Positions 31,946 to 45,100 of a DNA stretch of 64,000 nucleotides are shown here, piece after piece. Every line of letters begins with the position of its first letter. The stretch's first letter is position 1. The position numbers and the translations under genes were made by a program. The DNA comes from Schizochytrium sp. TIO01 (Eukaryota; Protista; Bigyra: Labyrinthulomycetes): NCBI GenBank assembly GCA_004764695.1, contig SMSO01000004.1:1054001-1118000 (forward strand), written 5' to 3'. The notes under the pieces are model-generated. The model was not told the DNA's origin. It was given only the letters and a program-made list of their open reading frames with translations, and did not search any database.

Positions 31946-33196
31946 ATGCCTCTCCATAAGCCACCCGGCTTAAGGCTAGTTTCTAGCGTGTTGGTTTTCC
32001 GACACGGTGATCGAAGTCCAGCAATCAATTTCTTTGCTAGACATCAGACGGACCTGCCAACACTTTCACAAGAAGACGATGGAATTGTCAAAGGTGGAAT
32101 TGAATCTGATGAGCTCCCGGAATGCAAAGCAGAGCGTACAGCCTGGGCGGATCGAATGCCCAGCCTAGAAGATCTTGACAAGCTCAATGAGCAATTTCCC
32201 GTCCTCCATGTTGACGGTTTGCATGATGCACCAAATGTCGTTGGCCATGCCCCCACACCATCCAGTATTGACAACCGAAGTGACCCTTTTGGTAAGCTGA
32301 CGACTCGGGGTATGTCACAGTTGTTTGAAAATGGTGTTAAGCTTCGGAAGCGCTTTGATAAGGAACTTAAAGAAGAGGATGTGCTGATGTTTTCATCTGA
32401 CTATACACGGACTCATCAAAGTGCTCAATGTTTTCTTCGTGGGCTCTTTGATATCAAAGTATCAGACCTTGGAGAAAAAGCACACCCACGTGTCCCAGTA
32501 CTTATTCCACCTAAGGAGCTGAACGTTGCCAATACATGGGAAGCCAGTCCTCGCTTGAGGGCATTAGTTTTGGAGTATGTAAGCACACCTGAGTTTCATG
32601 ACCTCGAAAGCCGTCATAAGGTAGCTCGCAAAAATCTTATTGCTAAGTTGCCTTACTATGCTGCTAGTCCTGAGAGGTTCTATTGGATTTATGCAAGTGA
32701 CTACTTTGTCACTCGCGAAGCTCATGGCCTTCTAATCGATCCAGAGTTGACAAGAGAAGATCGTGACAGCACTTTGAATTGCACAAATGAACGATTTATG
32801 CGCTGGTACCATGATGAAGAGGTGTCAGAGCATGCTGCAGGGTCTTTGCTACGAAAAATTCGAGAATACATGCACAAGTCAGTATCTGGTGATACGGAAA
32901 AGAGTCTTATTTGCTTCAGTGGTCATGACATTACGATTCTGCCTGTTCTTTGTGCGCTTGGCTTTCGACAGGGCTGCATAGAAAACTCAAACTTTGACAA
33001 GGACTGGCCCCCCTTTGCATCTACACTGTTGTTTGAGCTCCTGAGTGATGACGATGCAGCGAACTCCGGAAATCCCTCAAATTATGTACGAGTTGTATAC
33101 AATGATGAGGAAATTGTACAGCCCGAACCCCTCCAGGAGTTTTGGGAAACTCGGCCAATCTTTGATCTTGACTTGCAAAGAGAAGGCAAACTCTAG
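31946..33196 (+). CDS. Histidine acid phosphatase (branch 2; ACP6/lysosomal acid phosphatase-like)
   Basis: VFRHGDRSP catalytic motif, GKLTTRG, SSDYTRTHQSAQ, FSGHDITI, WPPFASTLLFEL and YVRVVYN. Confidence 0.93.
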   Translation: MPLHKPPGLRLVSSVLVFRHGDRSPAINFFARHQTDLPTLSQEDDGIVKGGIESDELPECKAERTAWADRMPSLEDLDKLNEQFPVLHVDGLHDAPNVVGHAPTPSSIDNRSDPFGKLTTRGMSQLFENGVKLRKRFDKELKEEDVLMFSSDYTRTHQSAQCFLRGLFDIKVSDLGEKAHPRVPVLIPPKELNVANTWEASPRLRALVLEYVSTPEFHDLESRHKVARKNLIAKLPYYAASPERFYWIYASDYFVTREAHGLLIDPELTREDRDSTLNCTNERFMRWYHDEEVSEHAAGSLLRKIREYMHKSVSGDTEKSLICFSGHDITILPVLCALGFRQGCIENSNFDKDWPPFASTLLFELLSDDDAANSGNPSNYVRVVYNDEEIVQPEPLQEFWETRPIFDLDLQREGKL

Positions 33197-36100
33197 CTTT
33201 ACGTGGTGCACTCCGGGTGAATTGGTTTAACAGAATAGTCCTTAAACATTCGAAGATTAACTTTAGTAGCAAGATGCTTTCTACACGTTCATTTGTATGA
33301 TTCGCACAAGAGCAGGTGGCGTCCGCTACCGCATTTTACACTACAGAGCAGTTCAATAGAATGCTGATTGGAAAAAGATAATAATAAATAAATAAAAGAC
33401 TTGCTTCATGCCTGGACTCAATAAAGTTCACCTGTTTCTCACCTAGCTTAGGAATGATGAATCTGGTGATGAGATAATTCATCATCATTATACTGTACCT
33501 ATGTAATCATTTGTCGAATTCACTGTCGGTTCAACAGCCCAGAAATCAATGCAAGTCCTTGCGTTGATGGCTCTTTTATTAAGTGATCAATGAATCATGA
33601 CTAAATCTGCCTGTGTAAGATTGATCGTCATGATATTCAACACAAGCTAATATTTTGTGAGATTAAAATAATTATTCAAGTACGAGTTTGAAAAAAATAT
33701 ATATGAAAGTTACACGACTGACTGAATGCTAAGCTCTTTAGAAACTTTCTGTCCTAAAGGTGACAAGCCAACGATGTACTAACCTCAAGGAATGACTAAA
33801 TCTTAATCATTTGTGCGAGATAATTTGGATCTAAACTTAGGGATAAGATAACGAGATGAATACTTCGTTCATAGTGATCATAAAGTCCCGTTTCAGATTT
33901 CACTAGTAGGCGATAAAATGCATAAGTGCAAGCAAGCTCCTGCTATCGTTGATATTGACGAATAGGGAAGCAAGGAATTTAATTATCCTTGACTTTAAAA
34001 AAAATAAAAAATTACGAACCTAGCGCAATAAATCACAATAAGTAAATAAAATGCAAAGCTTTCAAGACATGAATCGAGGAATAATCTCATTGCCTACGTG
34101 GTCCGTAGTTTGTGCTTAGGTGAAACCAGAATTGATGATGTAAGGCCAATGCGAAACTCTAATTTTTTGAGATACCGTTTCGTCATGACTAAATCTATGA
34201 TGTTTCAATAAGAAAATCAGATTATGATGACCTTCAGATTCATTTTCAGGGTCACATTATCGTTAACAAATAAACAATTGCTTTGTCTTTGTGATTTTTT
34301 TCACTCACACAGCCCTTAGACTCATCCTTTTTGGCCTAACACTCTCCTGACAAGAGTCAGTTTTCAGCAGCTTTCCAGTTCTAGGTACCCAATGATCGAG
34401 ATATATCTGTAAAAGGCTCTGTCCACCACCAGCCAATATATCTCTTCGATGGAAGCTTTAAATACGTAATGCAAGCTTCAGATTCAAATTTTCATGTTAA
34501 GGCTCTCCGAACACCAACAATTGAGCCTTCTGAGTTTGAAGTTGATCTTAACTGTTATGTTTGGATGAACTCGAGGTTGACTGGCAAAGTGAAGATAATA
34601 TGAATGAAAAAAAGACCGGCGAAAGGTTATGAAGACATTGTAAGCCTGGAATTATAAAGCTACCCATCCGTTGAATTTAGAGATATTTTACCAAATGGTG
34701 TTATTTCACACTGGATATAATAGGCGAAGGTGTTGGCGCAGACAGTCTACTTTAGTAGTTGGGCATTTCTCTCTGAACATTCATGCATGCCTTACATCGT
34801 AGGTACCCTTGGTTCTCAACTACTATTCAGTTATAGACTCTTGGCCCTGTTAGATTCTTACGTTATAAGCTGACTTGCAAGGAGCTTTTGCAATCAGTAA
34901 TCTATACAAAGTACAAGTCAGCGATTTGCTTCGAATTAAATTACAAAACAGATTTTCAATTGAAACAACTTCTAAACAAGACGTTGCTAGTGGTTTTGGC
35001 GCACTCTTGAAAACCCTAATTTTAAAAAATCTTCAAAGGATTATGGTATACATCAGATCAAGTCTGTCTTCCCTATAAAAGGTCTGCATTGGAATACCAT
35101 CTTTATGGCAGTAGATTGCTAGCTCTTCAGCCAAGAGTTTATCAAGGCTTCCTAAGCCTTCTACCAGCCGTGTTCAGGTTTGTCGCTTTCAGCTTTGAGC
35201 AGATTCATATCTCAGCATAAAGGTCTATACGTAAAGAGTCTTAGACGTTGTCTAGAGATTAGTCTTCCTGCAACCCTCAATCATTAGTTGTGGGTAGTAT
35301 GGTTGGGACCTAGCAGGTGCTTATTCTATCAAAATCACGTTTCGGGTCCTGGTAGCTGTCAATCGTAGTACTTATATGTATACATATGTATAATATAGAA
35401 TTATTAACAAAAACATTCAAAGAACCTTTTCGATTTGGTTCTATGAATATTAATTTCGGTACCAATACCTGGAGACCATATCTGAGCAATATATAACATC
35501 AAGCAACATTTACTAATGTTTATTGAAAGTTGAAGAAAAGTTTCAAAGTTCTGAGTGCACAATGTTTAAAAAAAAAGAAAAAGAAAAAAAGGTTGTATAT
35601 ATGCAAAATCAATTTTCTGAACTTTGGAATAAATCTCAAAGAGAAACACATGATCTTAATTGATCTCCAAATAAATGTAAGGAGCGAATTAAGATATGTA
35701 GACTGGTTAGTCTCTTATGTAGACTTACAACTGTCAAAGCTGATCCCGCTTGCTACATCCCAACAAGTTCTGATGAAAGTATATGTTGAACACACTGTAG
35801 GCCCTGATCTTGACATTTGCCAATTGAATTACATGTATAACTCATTGATGTGTCTTTTTGACATTGATAGAATAGCGGATTGTGAAAGACAATCTTGATC
35901 TTTATAACAGTATCTCCAATATTTGAATCATAAACTACTAAAAATAATTAAACAATTAGTCATGCTTTCCAGCTTCTTTGTTTCTTCATTTCTTAGTTTC
36001 TAATCTAGTTGATATTCGATTGGGTTGCAACACTCGAATTCTTTTTGAAATGATTCAAAAATATCGCGCCTCTAAAAATGGTTTCAATTATTGTCCGTGT

Positions 36101-39100
36101 GTCCTTCCTATAAATAATTTCAGCGCACACATATCTTAATCACTTAAATTTGAGGGTTTGCTTTTTCAAAATGAATACTCCCGGTTAGTTCACCCGCTTA
36201 TCAGACATCTTGAGCCCTTCTTATTTTTTTTTTAATTTCAAAAAAAAAATACAGATGATAACTGGTGAGCACTAAATTAGTAGCTTCAATCAAAGAATAC
36301 AAGTCGTATTGAAAGTCTTGAGGATAAAGAGTAAATGTTCACGTGCCCCGAGTGTTTAAAATCTTTAAAGTAGAATACCTGGTTGACAAACCCCTTTCAC
36401 GATATTGATTGGTCTAAGCGTGTGTAGCATTAGGGACCTTTACCGTATATATATTTTGAACAAAAAACAAGGAAGCATGATCAACGCATCAAGTAATGCC
36501 TCTTACTTGAGAGCGTCCCTCGTAATTTCAGTCAAAGCTCCAGAACTACTCTCATATTCTCTTTTAAAAAAAAGTCTCTAAATTAAAAGCTCAAGTCAAA
36601 GCTCAAGTCAAAGCATACTATTCATGCTACGGGTATGGCGATCTATTTGTGGTGTCCCTGTCAAGCTTTGAAAGCATGCAAAGTATCTGTGGATACCATT
36701 ATCATCTATCAGAGGTACTCCTATCAAACTTCTACTAGAGAATTAAAACTCAGATAAATACTACTGGAAGTACTTACCTATCGAGCCCAGGTCAATTCAA
36801 TGTAATTTTATTATAAACATGTTTTAATTAATTTTTAGCATAATAATAAAAATTAACCTGAATAATAATAAACTAATAAGAAAGAAAAAGAGTATGTCGT
36901 TGATTTGTCCTATGCTTGTGGAGGTGGCCGATTTGGATCAAAAGCCAACTATGCTTCAATTCGGTGGATATCTAGATTTTCAAAGAAGTATAAATTTTGA
37001 AAGGGGTTGAGTTCCATTTACTGGTAATGGGAGGCTCTTAGAGATCCAGAAAATGTATGGCAGCACGCTAAGAGTATCTTACAGTGCGTGGCCTGAGGAG
37101 TTTTAAAATGCGCAACACTGCGACGGGCAAACAGGATCCAGCGAATACTCAAAGTGAAAAATAGGCGTATGGGTGCAGTTCTGCAGGGCATTTAATTTTT
37201 TAAGGTAGGTTTTGGAAGAAGAAAGACTCCAGATGACTTAAACTATATATATATTTTTATAGTTTTTGTTTAAAAAAAAAATAGAACTAAACAACTATTC
37301 AATTAAAACAATACGATGGTGTCCTAGTTATCTATCGTTATAAAGTATGCCTGGTAAAACTAAGTAAATGAATATGACCGAAAGAAGAGTTAACATTTAT
37401 GATAATAATACTATGCAGCTTTATTCCTCATATTTTGTAAGATAGTAATTTCAATTTTAGACATGATATCGACAGGATGTTTTGGAAGGCCAGCGTTTCT
37501 TATCTTCTACTCACTGGCTCTAGTCAGAGAAAACTCATATCAATCCTTTCACTTGGGTAGAAACCTAGGTATTCACACACCAATCAATAATATATGGAAA
37601 GGGATTATCTTATAGCCCTTGAATAATATCGAGAAAAACAAGGGAGCTTAATAAACATGTGCTCTCACGACTCAGAGATACTCGCATCGATCCTTTAACT
37701 TGGGTGGAAATTCGAATAAATTCTATACGTGTAGAATGTCTTTGCTTTTTTATAAAAAAGCTTTGCTAGATATAGAGTATTTGTTTACATTTTGTATGTC
37801 CCTTTGACCTGTTACTAGCAAGGTACATGGCTAGTGTTGATGCACGCTTGTTGTATGATTGAGGTTAGTAATTAAAATGCGAATCACAAGCGTTTGAGCT
37901 GCACCTGAAAGTATTTTTGACGGATTAGATTCGTCCTGCTGTCCCTAACTTACATAGCTTCTTTCTTTCTTTCATAAGGGGTTGTAAGTTGTGCGTATGT
38001 AGTCTAAATCATATATGCACCACTCTTTATAGTTCGAAAAAGCATTGATACCTTATTTTCATCGAGACAACGCCGTATCGTAGGACCTTGAATAAAGAAG
38101 TATGATTCTTCTACCTTCTGTGCTAAAACATTTTACTGACTCATCTTGAAAGTCAGGAGCTTTCAAGTAGGCTCAAGTGAAAGACAGAGCTTAGAGAGCA
38201 GCCTACTGCGGTGCTCAAAACTAGCAGTGCTGGTGCGGACTTGGGATAGGATGGAGGCCCGTTTGAGTCATTCGTTGTTTCGAACACTTCATGGAGCTAG
38301 GATGCCATAAAAGCTATTTAGGTTTTACTATAAAACACAATGGATACTCACTGACCAGTGAAAACGCTTGTAATAGAATTATGTTGTGTTGGCACCTATT
38401 TGATGAAGTGTTGGCAAATGTGTTTGTTGGTTTCCAAAGAAGAGTTCAAAATGATCAACCATCTTTAAATATTCATTATTATGACCAACTTGGATTACTT
38501 GCCTTTACTCCCTTGAGCAAGAACACGCGAAATGATAGCCCCCTTTCAGAATTCAAATGTTTGTGCTGTGGTTATGGAAGCCCTATCTTTACAGCAAAAT
38601 AGAAACAAAACAACACGATAGATCCCATCATTGAACTCAGAAACTTTCGTGATATTCTCCGGCTAGTCTGCGTATGTAAAATTCTCTAGTCTATCAAAAG
38701 ATGGCACGAGCTACCTATCTGCTCATCAGTTTAGTTAGTCTGAGCCTGGAGAATGACATGCATCATGCGTGATACTATCATGCACGTCACGATGTAACAA
38801 TCGAGTGTCGTCGTCTCGTCTCGTACTAAAGCCTGGAGACAGGGAACGCGTGCCCAGAATGAATGATGGCTGCAATTTCTTCTTTTAACTTTTGGGCGTG
38901 ACCTTAGCCATGCCAGGTACTCCCAACTTTAAGTCCATCTGCATTGCAGACTACAACAGAGAGAAGGAATTTAACCGAGAAGATGTTACTCCTTGTTGTA
39001 CAAGAACAAAATATGTCCGTAGTCCGCGAGATACTACTACAGATATCAATATCTTTGAGTTAAGTTATAAGTAGTTTACTTCCACAGATCCAGAAAAGCA

Positions 39101-42100
39101 AAGTTACCTGTTGTAGTTTAAAGATCATAGTTGTGGTGGAAATTAGGAATTCTTGAATAGCTATCTTAATTAAAAGAAATGTATTTCTACAAGCAGGCTT
39201 CTGTGGTTGAGTATTGTAGTGGATATTCTATTCGTCATGTGGATGCATAAGAGGTATTTCTATGTAAAGGTGCTCCCTATGATCGGTCTGGTGCACTCTA
39301 ATTTAAAAGTATAGCAATATCAGTAGAAGTGCATACTTGGTTCTTTGGCATTAAAAAAATAGGGGAAACTATTCAAATAAAATGGAGAATTCTTGCCTAC
39401 GACCACACCTAGAAATCTAGTTGCTCCTATAGTATGTGGGAAACTTTAATTATAAGGCTTCTTTTAAGAAGCCTATAGCTGATTATGGCTTCGACCAGTT
39501 CCACTTACTGTGCAAGCACACTTTTATCATAATCCCTAGAATTCTTCTGAAGTATTGGCTTCAAAATATTTAAGTGAACTGGTTCCAAATCGCCTTCTCC
39601 AGCCTTTATCAGTTTTGTCGTGCCATCATGATTGACACATTTTTTCTTTCTATCCTGGATTTGTAGAACTTTGCAAGAGGAGGGGGAGAAGCATAAAGCT
39701 AGAATGGCGAGCATAGCGCGTTTCATCATGCTTGCAAATGATTTCGTCAACTCGTTAATTTAGAAGAGAAAACATGAAACTGAAATATTTATTTTTCTTG
39801 ATGCCTAGAAAACATGAAACAGAAGTATTTTTTTCTTAATGCCATGAAAAAGAAGCTTTAGACCTCTTTCAATCCTGGGTACATATATCACAACATTTTT
39901 ACATTCTCTGCCTTTTTTCTGCAAGACTCATCACCAAACGATGAATTGAGTTGCGCCTGATGTGGCCTTCGTCTGAAAAGCTCACACGCTGAGAAGTCTT
40001 GCTACAACCAAATTTTACTCATATAGCTCTAGAGGTGCAGTGAATTCCAGGAATCTTGCGAAAAAAACACATAAAAAGAGAAAGAAAACAAGTAAAAGGA
40101 AAGTGAGTGCAACATGTAAAACTATTAGTGTCTACCTATGACATGTAGGAATACTCAATGTCTGATAGACCAGAGTCGACAGGTGTTTTGAGTTAATGCA
40201 CATTACATTCTGCCAGCTGGAGGCTTTCCGCCAGCAAAGGCGTGAAGACAAACATGAGAAACGGTTCATGGCCTCGTACAAGACGCCCATTAGTGATGTT
40301 TGTGGAAGTCAAATCTAATAGCATTGGTATTGTATCATGGTATGTTGAAGTACTAGTTCTGTTTTTGCAAATGGTTATTATAATCATTTCGTATTGATCA
40401 GTGAAAGGCAGGTCAAACCTCCTGGCTATTAAGATTAATAGGAACATCAGCTAAGTCCAATAGTATGACACTTTTAATATAGTGATAGAGGTTACTGTAA
40501 TATTTACGTACTAGTTTCTAGAAGTTAATTCACACAGTTGTATTCTGATAAAGGTATTATCTTAAAACGAGCAATAGAGTTTTTAGCAGATAAGTGATGG
40601 GTTAGAGATATTACACAAAATTAAGAAAACAGAATGCCCCTCAATAATACTACTGTTTGGAATAAACAAAACAAAAAGCTTGGATTATTAATGTTTTGAA
40701 TAGTAAAACTGGTGGTTCTATGGAGCCCTTAGTCTATTACTCTCTAGCATACTCATCCTCAAAGAAAGAAAGAAAGAAAAAAAGATGCGCCGAGAACTTA
40801 ACAAAGGTATGTATAGTTTGAATTATAACAACAATTGGTGCCTGGTAGTCTAATTTTTTAATTAAATATATCAGAAACCACCAGTGGAAGTCCCTTTTCT
40901 TTTTTTCTTTCTTTCTTCAAACTCTGCAGCTATGAACTGTAGATCATAACTAATTACCCTAATCATAGCAACTAAACCTTCTTGAGTTTGTTTATCTTCA
41001 AGCACGACTCTTCTTCTCTTATTGCACGTACCTGCTGCTTTTGTAGAAAAGAAATGATGATGTATGAGGCAATAACATTATTATAAAAAAACATTTTTGA
41101 AGAAAACAAATACATTCAAATCTAAGAAACCTGCCTATTTATTACGATGTATTTTAGATAAAATACCCTGTTGTGGTGGGGGGGAACTAATATGTTTTCT
41201 TATCAAATTCTTCAATATAATAAAGCTTTCCTTCAGTCATACAATCGCACCTACACCTTCTTCCATATTATTCAGAATTTGCTCACGAGGAGTCCCTGGA
41301 ATATTGGGCGTACTTAGAAAAGAAAAGGAAAGGAGAAATAAATATATATTAACATCATTCTGAAGCACTAGCTACGTGTTGTTTTACTGCTAGAAGTCTG
41401 AGCACATGCAAACGCGCGAGATATTTGAGCCCTGTCAGGTGACATAGCCATTCTATAACTGTAGTGCTGGTAGTTGCCCATATATTGGAACATATAAAAG
41501 AGGATCGTGCACGGGTGTAGTGCAGAGAGTATACTGATAGGATAATTCGCAGCAGCCAATCGCTGTAGCACAAGTGTTTGACTTTTAAGTTCAGACCTTC
41601 AGACCTGATTGGTTCATCATTACTGCAGATTTTCAGTATTGTTTTACAGGCCTAAACCTTTTAAAAAATTGATTCGCTCTTCCGTACCTACAGAAACAAT
41701 ACAGATCAAGACTATGCTTATTCTCCAAGTCTTATTTAGTCTATGTAGCGAGTTAAATATGCAGTGACTTTTCTCTAGTTGTTATATAAGTGAGAAAATT
41801 TAAATGAGTGATGTGACTAATGAGAGTGTTGTCAAGGAGTAGTACTATTGAAGGCTATAAGGCTGCCGTGGACGCTCTAATTGGTTCTGGAGAACAAGAA
41901 CATTTACAAGTGCTCGGCAGTATCGTTAGAGCATATTGTAACAGTAGCTATTATTTATTATAACACTTTGTATTTTATTTTATTTTTATAATTAAAATAA
42001 ACATTTGTTCAGTGAAGAAATTACTGAGACATGGCTTTAGTGTAGCCGACTGTCAATCATGCCTGAGGAACAGAATGATCTACATACCAAAGCAACTATT

Positions 42101-45100
42101 ATAATTTCACTACTAAATTGATTAATTATCCTAACTTATTAGAGACAGGCTAAGGATGATTCAGACAGAAATTAATGCCCTTGCCCTCAATTCACTGCTA
42201 AGATAATACCCAGGATTCATGAGCGTATATGTACATATAAATCAGCATAAAGTCCAGAATAATTTAAAAATCAGAGCTTTACAAAAGATTATTTCTTCAG
42301 GAACTTTTACTATCATTATTGCTTGTGACGTGACTGTTGTTTGAAACCCTCTTGTCATCCCTGGAGTGTTTTAAATTTGCAAATAGTACTTACCTACTTG
42401 ATGAAATATTATACGGCTATGTATTTTTCGAAGATATTTGAGTTCCTCAAAAATCAACTTCGCAAACTATAAAATGAATAGTAGGTGTTCCCGCTGAAAT
42501 CTTATACATATCTTCATATCTGTTATGTAATTTCGAATTTGAACTTATTTATGAGAGAGACGATATTCCACTCACTGAAGAAAAAAGTGTTCTTCTAATG
42601 ATAAGTCAAAGTCAAGACAAATGAATGCAGGTGGATGGCTCTGTTCACATTATAAAATTCAACACAGTACAGAGCACACGATTTCCTGTCTCAATGGAAT
42701 ATACAACCTACTAACTCTTTAGAAAATCAAAAGGCAGATTCGGAAGAATAGCTAATGCTACATGCACAATATTGCAACGCTTCAACCATAAAAAAATATC
42801 CGTAAAATTACGAAATCGTGGAGTCATGGTTTATTGTACAGTATTCACGCGATTTGTGCCAAACTACTCTAATTTCCGCGAGTATTCAGGAAAAAACAAA
42901 CGCTTTAATACTTTCGATGAACCTTTACTTTAGAAATTTAAATGGAAAACTTTTCTTGTATCTTCCTATTGCAAATAGATCCCAACCAACCATGGCATGA
43001 CTACCTCCGGTTTCCGATCATGCTTGTTTGCCAATCCAATTTCCTCAACTTTAAGATCCTTTGTAGTAAAATATAACTGGTATGGTGTATGTATTGATGA
43101 CGAAGACGCACGTCGGAAACGATTTCTTAATGTAGTAGTCCTCAGAGTTCAGGCCTTTCTTCTAATCTAAATTATGAACGAGGAGAAACGTGCCTTTTTT
43201 TGGAGGAAGTGCAGACTGCACGATACCGCGACGCTATGACTTTTGTCCCTGTTGTGCAGTTCCAGCTCAGAAATTATTATACGTGGCCTCGCTCCAGATG
43301 CTCTTGTTCCGAAACATTGCAGATTATTAAAAAATCATATTGTGCACTTCCAGTCACCAGGGTCGAAAGAAGCATATTGCATACAGGATCGTGTACGACT
43401 ACATCAGATTTCATTTCATTTCCCTTCCTGGCAGCACTATTTTAAGGTGAGTCAATCTTGCTTACAAAAAGAGGAGCAATACATAAAATTTCCCCATGTG
43501 TTCTATATTCTACTAGAAGTGCTCTGTTAGTGCCAGAACTAAGCAAAAGTGAAAGCTTGTACTAGTTATCAATCGTTTCCTTCAAAACTTTCTACATTTA
43601 AAGAGTTTTTTTAAATATTAAAAAGAAAAGAAAAGATGTTTTATGTTTTAAAATAGCATTTTACTTTTTATTTTAAGATACACCTCAGCTAATACTTGCT
43701 GCCTTTTACCTTAAGAAAACAGTAGTACCTACCGTGGCGTTGACCTATGGCAGTCAGTTTTTTGAAGAGACATATTCAAGTGAAAGTGTCTCTTATAGAT
43801 ACATTCTATTGTCCCAATATTGTTACAATTGAGAGGTACAACCAATTTGATGTCCCTTACACGATAGTACGTGTTGAAATTATAGAAGGCGTGACATCTT
43901 GCTTGCAGAGTTGGAATGAATCAATGGGTATAATAATAGGCTAGGTAGTAATCTCTGACTATCTGAGGACTGACTTTGAATGCACATAAATACAGTCCCT
44001 TGCTGGACATTTGACAAATGCTGCATGCCGGCAACTATTGCAGAAGTTGTCTCCCTTGAATTACCAGGTCGCCATTTCTACGATGGCTGGTCGGTAAGAC
44101 ATATCTGGCTCTCACTTTCGAGAGCAATCAAATATGCGTTCATGAACTTAGATACAAGAAATGACGACAACAGAACCTAAGATCTTCAACCGTCAGAACT
44201 CAAGACACATTGTAGGAGCCCCGAACAACGAGTCGACAAACAAACAAGACCATACGTAACGCATAATAGAGGCACGTCTCTTTCTTGCCCAATTGGCCTA
44301 CACCTTTTTTTGTTTGATTTTCCCCCTGAAGGATTAAGTGGCGCTTTAGCGCCTGTTTTGTGTGCCATTTGTGGTTGGGGTGCTCCATCTAGTCCCCATT
44401 TAGCGATTGCGCAGAAGATATGTGATAAGCCTTGGCTTGGGCTTTCACCGAAGTAAAGGATTAATAGGAGCAGCCCGTGCTAATAAGATTGCGGTCTGGC
44501 CAATGCGATTTATGCCTCTTACTAGTCCATATTTTAAACTACTGCTCATGTTTCGGAAATGTTCGAAACTCTTCTTTGACCCGGCTTAATGAGGCTTAAT
44601 TTGATAAGAGGTCCAGGTACTACAACATGAGACGAGAAGTGCGATCTAGAGCACTTATTCTAGCACGTTTGTTTCTAGCTTTCTACCGGAATCTTGCCAC
44701 AATGGTGAGTCGGGGAGGAGCATGAATTGCTTTGGTACATATCCTGGTTCAAAGGCGGTCGAAGTAAGGGTAGCCATGAGGCGCGTAATTTTTACTAATG
44801 TACTCCTAACAAATATTTTATACAGCTTGAGGTAGTACACTTTCATACTTCTTTTCTTTTGTATTTTTTTTTATTATATAGCTTTTTGTTTCAAAAGGTT
44901 TTCTCAATAAAAAAGATTAATTTATAAAACTGAAAATGTAATTTTATTTTCATCCCATAGTATAAAGATTGAGAAGCTTGGGGAGATTAGCTTTTAAATA
45001 TGAAATGAAACGTAAAGTAAAGTAAGAAAATTAAATTCGATAAGACTTCGTATCGATTAAGGAAGATGCTTTGGAGTGCAAGTCAAGGCAAAATCTTGAA

